DNA of 64,000 nucleotides from Nemertoderma westbladi (Eukaryota; Animalia; Xenacoelomorpha). Position numbers and translations under genes: made by a program. Each line of letters starts with the position of its first letter. The first letter of the stretch is position 1. The stretch covers positions 16,636-80,635 of the forward strand of contig JAUCBJ010002643.1 in the NCBI GenBank assembly GCA_032718475.1. Direction: 5' to 3'. This document shows, in pieces, positions 48,001 through 61,440 of this stretch. The notes under the pieces were generated by a model. It was not told where the DNA came from and did not search any database. It worked only from the letters and a program-made list of their open reading frames with translations.

Positions 48001-51000
48001 AAACCAACTCCGGGTGTGGATCATGTGTGATAAGTAAAGCACATCCGGGTGTGGATCATGTGTGGTAAGTAAACCACCTCCGGGTGTGGATCATGTGTGG
48101 TAAGTAAACCACCTCCGGGTGTGGATCATGTGTGGTAAGTAAACCACCTCCGGGTGTGGATCATGTGTGGTAAGTAAACCACCTCCGGGTGTGGATCATG
48201 TGTGGTAAGTAAACTACCTCCGGGTGTGGATCATGTGTGGTAAGTAAACCACCTCCGGGTGTGGATCATGTGTGGTAAGTAAACCACATCCGGGTGTGGT
48301 TCATGTGTGGTAAGTAAACCACCTTCGGTTGTGGATCATGTGTGGTAAGTAAACCACCTCCGGGTGTGGATCATGTGTGGTAAGTAAACCACCTCCGGGT
48401 GTGGATCATGTGTGGTAAGTAAACCACATCCGGGTGTGGTTCATGTGTGGTAAGTAAACCACCTTCGGTTGTGGATCATGTGTGGTAAGTAAACCACCTC
48501 CGGGTGTGGATCATGTGTGGTAAGTAAACCACCTCCGGGTGTGGATAATGTGGGTAAGTAAACCACCTCCGGGTGTGGATCATGTGTGGTAAGTAAACCG
48601 ACATCCGGATGTGGATTATGTGTGGTAAGTAAACCAACTCCGGGTGTGGATCATGTGTGGTAAGTAAACCACCTCCGGTGTGGATCATGTGTGGTAAGTA
48701 AACCACCTCCGGGTGTGGATCATGTGTGGTAAGTAAACCGCCTCCGGGTGTGGATCATGTGTGGTAAGTAAACCGCCTCCGGGTGTGGATCATGTGTGGT
48801 AAGTAAACCACCTCCGGGTGTGGATAATGTGTGGTAATTAAACCACGTCTGGGTGTGGATCATGTGTGGTAAGTAAACCGCCTCCGGGTGTGGATCATGT
48901 GTGGTAAGTAAACCGCGTCCGGGTGTGGATCATGTGTGGTAAGTAAACCACCTCCGGGTGTGGATCATGTGTGGTAAGTAAACCACGTCTGGGTGTGGAT
49001 CATGTGTGGTAAGTAAACCACCTCCGGGTGTGGATCATGTGTGGTAAGTAAACCACCTCCGGGTGTGGATCATGTGTGGTAAGTAAACCACCTCCAGGTG
49101 TGGATCATGGGTGGTAAGTAAACCACGTCTGGGTGTGGATCATGTGTGGTAAGTAAAGCACATCCGGGTGTGGATCATGTTTGGTAAGTAAACCACCTCC
49201 GGATGTGGATCATGTGTGGTAAGTAAACCACCTCCGGATGTGGATCATGTGTGGTAAGTAAACCACGTCTGGGTGTGGATCATGTGTGGTAAGTAAACCA
49301 CCTCCGGGTGTGGATCATGTGTGGTAAGTAAACCACCTCCGGGTGTGAATCATGTGTGGTAAGTAAACCGCCTCCGGGTGTGGATCATGTGTGGTAAGTA
49401 AACCACCCCCGGATGTGGATTATGTGTGGTAAGTAAACCACCTCCGGATGTGGATCATGTGTGGTAAGTAAACCACCTCCGGGTGTGGATCATGTGTGGT
49501 AAGTAAACCACCTCCGGATGTGGATCATGTGTGGTAAGTAAACCACGTCTGGGTGTGGATCATGTGTGGTAAGTAAACCACGTCTGGGTGTGGATCATGT
49601 GTGGTAAGTAAACCACCTCCGGATGTGGATCATGTGTGGTAAGTAAACCACCTCCGGGTGTGGATCATGTGTGGTAAGTAAACCAGCTCCGGGTGTGGAT
49701 CATGTGTGGTAAGCAAACCACCTCTGGATGTAGATCATGTGTGGTAAGTAAACCCACATCCGGATGTGGATCATGTGTGGTAAGAAAACCACCTCCGGGT
49801 GTGGATCATGTGTGGTAAGTAAACCACCTCCGGGTGTGGATCATGTGTGGTAAGTAAACCACCTCCGGGTGTGGATCATGTGTGGTAATTAAACCACCTC
49901 CGGGTGTGGATCATGCGTGGTAAGTAAACCACCTCCGGGTGTGGATCATGTGTGGTAAGTAAACCACCTCCGGGTGTGGATCATGTGTGGTAAGTAAACC
50001 CACATCCGGGTGTGGTAAGTAAACCACCTCCGGGTGTGGATCATGTGTGGTAAGTAAACCACGTCTGGGTGTAGATGATGTGTGGTAAGTAAAGCACCTC
50101 TGGGTGTGGATCATGTGTGGTAAGTAAACCGCCTCCGGGTGTGGATCATGTGTGGTAAGTAAACCACCTCCGGGTGTAGATCATGTGTGGTAAGTAAACC
50201 ACGTCTGGGTGTGGATCATGTGTGGTAAGTAAAGCACATCCGGGTGTGGATCATGTATGGTAAGTAAAGCACATCCGGGTGTGGATCATGTGTGGTAAGT
50301 AAACCGCCTCCGGGTGTGGATCATGTGTGGTAAGTAAACCACCTCCGGGTGTGGATCATGTGTGGTAAGTAAACCACGTCTGGGTGTGGATCATGTGTGG
50401 TAAGTAAACCACCTCCGGGTGTGGATCATGTGTGGTAAGTAAACCACCTCCGGGTGTGGATCATGTGTGGTAAGTAAACCACCTCTGGGTGTGGATCATG
50501 TGTGGTAAGTAAACCACCTCTGGGTGTGGATCATGTGTGGTAAGTAAACCACCTCCGGGTGTGGATCATGTGTGGTAAGTAAACCACCTCTGGGTGTGGA
50601 TCATGTGTGGTAAGTAAACCACCTCTGGGTGTGGATCAAGTGTGGTAAGTAAACCACGTCTGGGTGTGGATCATGTGTGGTAAGTAAACCACCTCCGGGT
50701 GTGGATCATGTGTGGTAAGTAAAGCACATCCGGGTGTGGATCATGTGTGGTAAGTAAACCGCCTCCGGGTGTGGATCATGTGTGGTAAGTAAACCACCTC
50801 CGGGTGTGGATCATGTGTGGTAAGTAAACCACGTCTGGGTGTGGATCATGTGTGGTAAGTAAACCACCTCTGGGTGTGGATCATGTGTGGTAAGTAAACC
50901 ACCTCTGGGTGTGGATCATGTGTGGTAAGTAAACCACGTCTGGGTGTGGATCATGTGTGGTAAGTAAACCACCTCCGGGTGTGGATCATGTGTGGTAAGT

Positions 51001-54000
51001 AAAGCACATCCGGGTGTGGATCATGTGTGGTAAGTAAACCGCCTCCGGGTGTGGATCATGTGTGGTAAGTAAACCACCTCCGGGTGTGGATCATGTGTGG
51101 TAAGTAAACCACGTCTGGGTGTGGATCATGTGTGGTAAGTAAACCACCTCTGGGTGTGGATCATGTGTGGTAATTAAACCACCTCCGGGTGTGGATCATG
51201 CGTGGTAAGTAAACCACCTCCGGGTGTGGATCATGTGTGGTAAGTAAACCACCTCCGGGTGTGGATCATGTGTGGTAAGTAAACCCACATCCGGGTGTGG
51301 TAAGTAAACCACCTCCGGGTGTGGATCATGTGTGGTAAGTAAACCACGTCTGGGTGTAGATGATGTGTGGTAAGTAAAGCACCTCTGGGTGTGGATCATG
51401 TGTGGTAAGTAAACCGCCTCCGGGTGTGGATCATGTGTGGTAAGTAAACCACCTCCGGGTGTAGATCATGTGTGGTAAGTAAACCACGTCTGGGTGTGGA
51501 TCATGTGTGGTAAGTAAAGCACATCCGGGTGTGGATCATGTATGGTAAGTAAAGCACATCCGGGTGTGGATCATGTGTGGTAAGTAAACCGCCTCCGGGT
51601 GTGGATCATGTGTGGTAAGTAAACCACCTCCGGGTGTGGATCATGTGTGGTAAGTAAACCACGTCTGGGTGTGGATCATGTGTGGTAAGTAAACCACCTC
51701 CGGGTGTGGATCATGTGTGGTAAGTAAACCACCTCCGGGTGTGGATCATGTGTGGTAAGTAAACCACCTCTGGGTGTGGATCATGTGTGGTAAGTAAACC
51801 ACCTCTGGGTGTGGATCATGTGTGGTAAGTAAACCACCTCCGGGTGTGGATCATGTGTGGTAAGTAAACCACCTCTGGGTGTGGATCATGTGTGGTAAGT
51901 AAACCACCTCTGGGTGTGGATCAAGTGTGGTAAGTAAACCACGTCTGGGTGTGGATCATGTGTGGTAAGTAAACCACCTCCGGGTGTGGATCATGTGTGG
52001 TAAGTAAAGCACATCCGGGTGTGGATCATGTGTGGTAAGTAAACCGCCTCCGGGTGTGGATCATGTGTGGTAAGTAAACCACCTCCGGGTGTGGATCATG
52101 TGTGGTAAGTAAACCACGTCTGGGTGTGGATCATGTGTGGTAAGTAAACCACCTCTGGGTGTGGATCATGTGTGGTAAGTAAACCACCTCTGGGTGTGGA
52201 TCATGTGTGGTAAGTAAACCACCTCCGGGTGTGGATCATGTGTGGTAAGTAAACCACCTCTGGGTGTGGATCATGTGTGGTAAGTAAACCACCTCTGGGT
52301 GTGGATCATGTGTGGTAAGTAAACCACGTCTGGGTGTGGATCATGTGTGGTAAGTAAACCACCTCCTGGTGTGGATCATGTGTGGTAAGTAAAGCACATC
52401 TGGGTGTGGATCATGTGTGGTAAGTAAACCACCTCCGGGTGTGGATCATGTGTGGTAAGTAAAGCACATCCGGGTGTGGATCATGTGTGGCAAGTAAAGC
52501 ACGTCTGGGTGAGGATCATGTGTGGTAAGTAAACCGCCTCCGGGTGTGGATCATGTGTGGTAAGTAAACCACATCCGGGTGTGGATCATGTGTGGTAAGT
52601 AAACCACCTCCGGGTGTGGATCATGTGTGGTAAGTAAAGCACGTCTGGGTGTGGATCATGTGTGGTAAGTAAACCGCCTCCGGATGTGGATCATGTGTGG
52701 TAACTAAACCACATACGGGTGTGGATCATGTGTGGTAAGTAAAGCACATCCGGGTGTGGATCATGTGTGGTAAGTAAAGCACATCTGGGTGTGGATCATG
52801 TGTGGTAAGTAAACCACGTCTGGGTGTGGATCATGTGTGGTAAGTAAACCACCTCCGGGTGTGGATCATGTGTGGTAAGTAAACCGCCTCCGGGTGTGGA
52901 TCATGTGTGGTAAGTAAACCACGTCTGGGTGTGGATCATGTGTGGTAAGTAAAGCACATCCGGGTGTGGATCATGTGTGGTAAGTAAACCGCCTCCGGGT
53001 GTGGATCATGTGTGGTAAGTAAACCACTTCCGGGTGTGGATCATGTGTGGTAAGTAAAGCACATCTGGGTGTGGATCATGTGTGGTAAGTAAACCGTCTC
53101 CGGGTGTGGATCATGTGTGGTAAGTAAACCGCCTCCACGTGTGGATCATGTGTGGTAAATAAACCACCTCCGGGTGTGGATCATGTGTGGTACGTAAAGC
53201 ACATCCGGGTGTGGATCATGTGTGGTAAGTAAAGCACGTCTGTGTGTGGATCATGTGTGGTAAGTAAACCGCCTCCGGGTGTGGATCATGTGTGGTAAGT
53301 AAACCACATCCGGGTGTGGACCATGTGTGGTAAGTAAAGCACATCCGGGTGTGGATCATGTGTGGTAAGTAAAGCACGTCTGGGTGTGGATCATGTGTGG
53401 TAAGTAAACCACCTCTGGGTGTGGATCATGTGTGGTAAGTAAACCACGTCTGGGTGTGGATCATGTGTGGTAAGTAAACCACGTCTGGGTGTGGATAATG
53501 TGTGGTAAGTAAAGCACATCCGGGTGTGGATCATGTGTGGTAAGTAAACCGCCTCCGGGTGTGGATCATGTGTGGTAAGTAAACCACCTCCGGGTGTAGA
53601 TCATGTGTGGTAAGTAAACCACGTTTGGGTGTGGATCATGTGTGGTAAGTAAAGCACATCCGGGTGTGGATCATGTATGGTAAGTAAAGCACATCCGGGT
53701 GTGGATCATGTGTGGTAAGTAAACCGCCTCCGGGTGTGGATCATGTGAGGTAAGTGAACCACGTCTGGGTGTGGATCATGTGTGGTAAGTAAACCACCTC
53801 CGGGTGTGGATCATGTGTGGTAAGTAAACCACGTCTGGGTGTGGATAATGTGTGGTAAGTAAAGCACATCCGGGTGTGGATCATGTGTGGTAAGTAAACC
53901 GCCTCCGGGTGTGGATCATGTGTGGTAAGTAAACCACCTCCGGGTGTAGATCATGTGTGGTAAGTAAACCACGTCTGGGTGTGGATCATGTGTGGTAAGT

Positions 54001-57000
54001 AAAGCACATCCGGGTGTGGATCATGTATGGTAAGTAAAGCACATCCGGGTGTGGATCATGTGTGGTAAGCAAACCACCTCTGGATGTAGATCATGTGTGG
54101 TAAGTAAACCCACATCCGGATGTGGATCATGTGTGGTAAGAAAACCACCTCCGGGTGTGGATCATGTGTGGTAAGTAAACCACCTCCGGGTGTGGATCAT
54201 GTGTGGTAAGTAAACCACCTCCGGGTGTGGATCATGTGTGGTAATTAAACCACCTCCGGGTGTGGATCATGCGTGGTAAGTAAACCACCTCCGGGTGTGG
54301 ATCATGTGTGGTAAGTAAACCACCTCCGGGTGTGGATCATGTGTGGTAAGTAAACCCACATCCGGGTGTGGTAAGTAAACCACCTCCGGGTGTGGATCAT
54401 GTGTGGTAAGTAAACCACGTCTGGGTGTAGATGATGTGTGGTAAGTAAAGCACCTCTGGGTGTGGATCATGTGTGGTAAGTAAACCGCCTCCGGGTGTGG
54501 ATCATGTGTGGTAAGTAAACCACCTCCGGGTGTAGATCATGTGTGGTAAGTAAACCACGTCTGGGTGTGGATCATGTGTGGTAAGTAAAGCACATCCGGG
54601 TGTGGATCATGTATGGTAAGTAAAGCACATCCGGGTGTGGATCATGTGTGGTAAGTAAACCGCCTCCGGGTGTGGATCATGTGTGGTAAGTAAACCACCT
54701 CCGGGTGTGGATCATGTGTGGTAAGTAAACCACGTCTGGGTGTGGATCATGTGTGGTAAGTAAACCACCTCCGGGTGTGGATCATGTGTGGTAAGTAAAC
54801 CACCTCCGGGTGTGGATCATGTGTGGTAAGTAAACCACCTCTGGGTGTGGATCATGTGTGGTAAGTAAACCACCTCTGGGTGTGGATCATGTGTGGTAAG
54901 TAAACCACCTCCGGGTGTGGATCATGTGTGGTAAGTAAACCACCTCTGGGTGTGGATCATGTGTGGTAAGTAAACCACCTCTGGGTGTGGATCAAGTGTG
55001 GTAAGTAAACCACGTCTGGGTGTGGATCATGTGTGGTAAGTAAACCACCTCCGGGTGTGGATCATGTGTGGTAAGTAAAGCACATCCGGGTGTGGATCAT
55101 GTGTGGTAAGTAAACCGCCTCCGGGTGTGGATCATGTGTGGTAAGTAAACCACCTCCGGGTGTGGATCATGTGTGGTAAGTAAACCACGTCTGGGTGTGG
55201 ATCATGTGTGGTAAGTAAACCACCTCTTGGTGTGGATCATGTGTGGTAAGTAAACCACCTCTGGGTGTGGATCATGTGTGGTAAGTAAACCACCTCCGGG
55301 TGTGGATCATGTGTGGTAAGTAAACCACCTCTGGGTGTGGATCATGTGTGGTAAGTAAACCACCTCTGGGTGTGGATCATGTGTGGTAAGTAAACCACGT
55401 CTGGGTGCGGATCATGTGTGGTAAGTAAACCACCTCCGGGTGTGGATCATGTGTGGTAAGTAAAGCACATCTGGGTGTGGATCATGTGTGGTAAGTAAAC
55501 CACCTCCGGGTGTGGATCATGTGTGGTAAGTAAAGCACATCCGGGTGTGGATCATGTGTGGCAAGTAAAGCACGTCTGGGTGAGGATCATGTGTGGTAAG
55601 TAAACCGCCTCCGGGTGTGGATCATGTGTGGTAAGTAAACCACATCCGGGTGTGGATCATGTGTGGTAAGTAAACCACCTCCGGGTGTGGATCATGTGTG
55701 GTAAGTAAAGCACGTCTGGGTGTGGATCATGTGTGGTAAGTAAACCGCCTCCGGATGTGGATCATGTGTGGTAACTAAACCACATACGGGTGTGGATCAT
55801 GTGTGGTAAGTAAAGCACATCCGGGTGTGGATCATGTGTGGTAAGTAAAGCACATCTGGGTGTGGATCATGTGTGGTAAGTAAACCACGTCTGGGTGTGG
55901 ATCATGTGTGGTAAGTAAACCACCTCCGGGTGTGGATCATGTGTGGTAAGTAAACCGCCTCCGGGTGTGGATCATGTGTGGTAAGTAAACCACGTCTGGG
56001 TGTGGATCATGTGTGGTAAGTAAAGCACATCCGGGTGTGGATCATGTGTGGTAAGTAAACCGCCTCCGGGTGTGGATCATGTGTGGTAAGTAAACCACTT
56101 CCGGGTGTGGATCATGTGTGGTAAGTAAAGCACATCTGGGTGTGGATCATGTGTGGTAAGTAAACCGTCTCCGGGTGTGGATCATGTGTGGTAAGTAAAC
56201 CGCCTCCACGTGTGGATCATGTGTGGTAAATAAACCACCTCCGGGTGTGGATCATGTGTGGTACGTAAAGCACATCCGGGTGTGGATCATGTGTGGTAAG
56301 TAAAGCACGTCTGTGTGTGGATCATGTGTGGTAAGTAAACCGCCTCCGGGTGTGGATCATGTGTGGTAAGTAAACCACATCCGGGTGTGGACCATGTGTG
56401 GTAAGTAAAGCACATCCGGGTGTGGATCATGTGTGGTAAGTAAAGCACGTCTGGGTGTGGATCATGTGTGGTAAGTAAACCACCTCTGGGTGTGGATCAT
56501 GTGTGGTAAGTAAACCACGTCTGGGTGTGGATCATGTGTGGTAAGTAAACCACGTCTGGGTGTGGATAATGTGTGGTAAGTAAAGCACATCCGGGTGTGG
56601 ATCATGTGTGGTAAGTAAACCGCCTCCGGGTGTGGATCATGTGTGGTAAGTAAACCACCTCCGGGTGTAGATCATGTGTGGTAAGTAAACCACGTCTGGG
56701 TGTGGATCATGTGTGGTAAGTAAAGCACATCCGGGTGTGGATCATGTATGGTAAGTAAAGCACATCCGGGTGTGGATCATGTGTGGTAAGTAAACCGCCT
56801 CCGGGTGTGGATCATGTGAGGTAAGTGAACCACGTCTGGGTGTGGATCATGTGTGGTAAGTAAACCACCTCCGGGTGTGGATCATGTGTGGTAAGTAAAC
56901 CACGTCTGGGTGTGGATAATGTGTGGTAAGTAAAGCACATCCGGGTGTGGATCATGTGTGGTAAGTAAACCGCCTCCGGGTGTGGATCATGTGTGGTAAG

Positions 57001-60000
57001 TAAACCACCTCCGGGTGTAGATCATGTGTGGTAAGTAAACCACGTCTGGGTGTGGATCATGTGTGGTAAGTAAAGCACATCCGGGTGTGGATCATGTATG
57101 GTAAGTAAAGCACATCCGGGTGTGGATCATGTGTGGTAAGTAAACCGCCTCCGGGTGTGGATCATGTGTGGTAAGTAAACCACCTCCGGGTGTGGATCAT
57201 GTGTGGTAAGTAAACCACGTCTGGGTGTGGATCATGTGTGGTAAGTAAACCACCTCCGGGTGTGGATCATGTGTGGTAAGTAAACCACCTCCGGGTGTGG
57301 ATCATGTGTGGTAAGTAAACCACCTCTGGGTGTGGATCATGTGTGGTAAGTAAACCACCTCTGGGTGTGGATCATGTGTGGTAAGTAAACCACCTCCGGG
57401 TGTGGATCATGTGTGGTAAGTAAACCACCTCTGGGTGTGGATCATGTGTGGTAAGTAAACCACCTCTGGGTGTGGATCAAGTGTGGTAAGTAAACCACGT
57501 CTGGGTGTGGATCATGTGTGGTAAGTAAACCACCTCCGGGTGTGGATCATGTGTGGTAAGTAAAGCACATCCGGGTGTGGATCATGTGTGGTAAGTAAAC
57601 CGCCTCCGGGTGTGGATCATGTGTGGTAAGTAAACCACCTCCGGGTGTGGATCATGTGTGGTAAGTAAACCACGTCTGGGTGTGGATCATGTGTGGTAAG
57701 TAAACCACCTCTGGGTGTGGATCATGTGTGGTAAGTAAACCACCTCTGGGTGTGGATCATGTGTGGTAAGTAAACCACCTCCGGGTGTGGATCATGTGTG
57801 GTAAGTAAACCACCTCTGGGTGTGGATCATGTGTGGTAAGTAAACCACCTCTGGGTGTGGATCATGTGTGGTAAGTAAACCACGTCTGGGTGTGGATCAT
57901 GTGTGGTAAGTAAACCACCTCCGGGTGTGGATCATGTGTGGTAAGTAAAGCACATCTGGGTGTGGATCATGTGTGGTAAGTAAACCACCTCTGGGTGTGG
58001 ATCATGTGTGGTAAGTAAACCACGTCTGGGTGTGGATCATGTGTGGTAAGTAAACCACCTCCGGGTGTGGATCATGTGTGGTAAGTAAAGCACATCTGGG
58101 TGTGGATCATGTGTGGTAAGTAAACCACCTCTGGGTGTGGATCATGTGTGGTAAGTAAACCACGTCTGGGTGTGGATCATGTGTGGTAAGTAAACCATCT
58201 CCGGGTGTGGATCATGTGTGGTAAGTAAACCACGTCTGGGTGTGGATCATGTATGGTAAGTAAACCACCTCTGGGTGTGGATCATGTGTGGTAAGTAAAC
58301 CACCTCCGGGTGTGGATGATTGGTGGTAAGTAAACCACGTCTGGGTGTGGATCATGTGTGGTAAGTAAACCACGTCTGGGTGTGGATCATGTGTGGTAAG
58401 TAAAGCACATCTGGGTGTGGATCATGTGTGGTAAGTAAAGCACATCCGGATGTGGATCATGTGTGGTAAGTAAACCACGTCTGGGTGTGGATCATGTGTG
58501 GTAAGTAAACCACCTCTGGGTGTGGATCATGTGTGGTAAGTAAACCACCTCTGGGTGTGGATCATGTGTGGTAAGTAAACCACCTCCGCGTGTGGATCAT
58601 GTGTGGTAAGTAAACCACCTCCGGGTGTGGATGATTGGTGGTAAGTAAACCACGTCTGGGTGTGGATCATGTGTGGTAAGTAAACCACCTCTGGGTGTGG
58701 ATCATGTGTGGTAAGTAAACCACCTCTGGGTGTGGATCATGTGTGGTAAGTAAACCACCTCCGCGTGTGGATCATGTGTGGTAAGTAAACCACCTCCGGG
58801 TGTGGATGATTGGTGGTAAGTAAACCACGTCTGGGTGTGGATCATGTGTGGTAAGTAAAGCACATCTGGGTGTGGATCATGTGTGGTAAGTAAACCACCT
58901 CTGGGTGTGGATCATGTGTGGTAAGTAAACCACCTCCGGGTGTGGATGATTGGTGGTAAGTAAACCACGTCTGGGTGTGGATCATGTGTGGTAAGTAAAC
59001 CACCTCCGCGTGTGGATCATGTGTGGTAAGTAAACCACCTCCGGGTGTGGATGATTGGTGGTAAGTAAACCACGTCTGGGAGTGGATCATGTGTGGTAAG
59101 TAAACCACGTCTGGGTGTGGATCATGTGTGGTAAGTAAACCACCTCCGGGTGTGGATGATTGGTGGTAAGTAAACCACGTCTGGGTGTGGATCATGTGTG
59201 GTAAGTAAACCACCTCCGCGTGTGGATCATGTGTGGTAAGTAAACCACCTCCGGGTGTGGATGATTGGTGGTAAGTAAACCACGTCTGGGAGTGGATCAT
59301 GTGTGGTAAGTAAACCACCTCCGGGTGTGGATGATTGGTGGTAAGTAAACCACCTCCGCGTGTGGATCATGTGTGGTAAGTAAACCACCTCCGGGTGTGG
59401 ATGATTGGTGGTAAGTAAACCACCTCAGCGTGTGGATCATGTGTGGTAAGTAAACCACCTCCGGGTGTGGATGATTGGTGGTAAGTAAACCACCTCCGGG
59501 TGTGGATCATGCGTGGTAAGTAAACCACCTCCGGATGGGGATCATGTGTGGTAAGTAAACCACCTCCGGGTGTGGATCATGTGTGGTAAGTAAACCACCT
59601 CTGGGTGTGGATCATGTGTGGTAAGTAAACCACGTCTGGGTGTGGATCATGTGTGGTAAGTAAACCACCTCTGGGTGTGGATCATGTGTGGTAAGTAAAC
59701 CACCTCCGGGTGTGGATCATGTGTGGTAAGTAAACCACCTCTGGGTGTGGATCATGTGTGGTAAGTAAACCACCTCTGGGTGTGGATCATGTGTGGTAAG
59801 TAAACCACGTCTGGGTGTGGATCATGTGTGGTAAGTAAACCACCTCCGGGTGTGGATCATGTGTGGTAAGTAAAGCACATCTGGGTGTGGATCATGTGTG
59901 GTAAGTAAACCACCTCTGGGTGTGGATCATGTGTGGTAAGTAAACCACGTCTGGGTGTGGATCATGTGTGGTAAGTAAACCACCTCCGGGTGTGGATCAT

Positions 60001-61440
60001 GTGTGGTAAGTAAAGCACATCTGGGTGTGGATCATGTGTGGTAAGTAAACCACCTCTGGGTGTGGATCATGTGTGGTAAGTAAACCACGTCTGGGTGTGG
60101 ATCATGTGTGGTAAGTAAACCATCTCCGGGTGTGGATCATGTGTGGTAAGTAAACCACGTCTGGGTGTGGATCATGTATGGTAAGTAAACCACCTCTGGG
60201 TGTGGATCATGTGTGGTAAGTAAACCACCTCCGGGTGTGGATGATTGGTGGTAAGTAAACCACGTCTGGGTGTGGATCATGTGTGGTAAGTAAACCACGT
60301 CTGGGTGTGGATCATGTGTGGTAAGTAAAGCACATCTGGGTGTGGATCATGTGTGGTAAGTAAAGCACATCCGGATGTGGATCATGTGTGGTAAGTAAAC
60401 CACGTCTGGGTGTGGATCATGTGTGGTAAGTAAACCACCTCTGGGTGTGGATCATGTGTGGTAAGTAAACCACCTCTGGGTGTGGATCATGTGTGGTAAG
60501 TAAACCACCTCCGCGTGTGGATCATGTGTGGTAAGTAAACCACCTCCGGGTGTGGATGATTGGTGGTAAGTAAACCACGTCTGGGTGTGGATCATGTGTG
60601 GTAAGTAAACCACCTCTGGGTGTGGATCATGTGTGGTAAGTAAACCACCTCTGGGTGTGGATCATGTGTGGTAAGTAAACCACCTCCGCGTGTGGATCAT
60701 GTGTGGTAAGTAAACCACCTCCGGGTGTGGATGATTGGTGGTAAGTAAACCACGTCTGGGTGTGGATCATGTGTGGTAAGTAAAGCACATCTGGGTGTGG
60801 ATCATGTGTGGTAAGTAAACCACCTCTGGGTGTGGATCATGTGTGGTAAGTAAACCACCTCCGGGTGTGGATGATTGGTGGTAAGTAAACCACGTCTGGG
60901 TGTGGATCATGTGTGGTAAGTAAACCACCTCCGCGTGTGGATCATGTGTGGTAAGTAAACCACCTCCGGGTGTGGATGATTGGTGGTAAGTAAACCACGT
61001 CTGGGAGTGGATCATGTGTGGTAAGTAAACCACGTCTGGGTGTGGATCATGTGTGGTAAGTAAACCACCTCCGGGTGTGGATGATTGGTGGTAAGTAAAC
61101 CACGTCTGGGTGTGGATCATGTGTGGTAAGTAAACCACCTCCGCGTGTGGATCATGTGTGGTAAGTAAACCACCTCCGGGTGTGGATGATTGGTGGTAAG
61201 TAAACCACGTCTGGGAGTGGATCATGTGTGGTAAGTAAACCACCTCCGGGTGTGGATGATTGGTGGTAAGTAAACCACCTCCGCGTGTGGATCATGTGTG
61301 GTAAGTAAACCACCTCCGGGTGTGGATGATTGGTGGTAAGTAAACCACCTCCGCGTGTGGATCATGTGTGGTAAGTAAACCACCTCCGGGTGTGGATGAT
61401 TGGTGGTAAGTAAACCACCTCCGGGTGTGGATCATGCGTG
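44995..61440 (+). repeat. 16.4-kb 35-bp satellite (~470 units) = last 29 nt of exon 2 + GTAAGT donor
   Basis: Unit AAACCACCTCCGGGTGTGGATCATGTGTG|GTAAGT; the first unit is the coding end of exon 2; higher-order block duplications present. Confidence 0.98.

Noticed and set aside
46622-61243. Minus-strand ORFs inside the satellite
   Set aside because: Arise where variants remove the periodic stop; useful only as markers of block duplication.
44995-61440. CRISPR array (35-bp repeats)
   Set aside because: Units are head-to-tail with no unique spacers, there are no cas genes, and the context is a spliceosomal intron.
45024-61440. Recursive splicing or micro-exon array in the Ly6 satellite
   Set aside because: Units have TG|GT rather than AG|GT and no polypyrimidine tract; the only AG lies inside GTAAGT and is followed by TAA.
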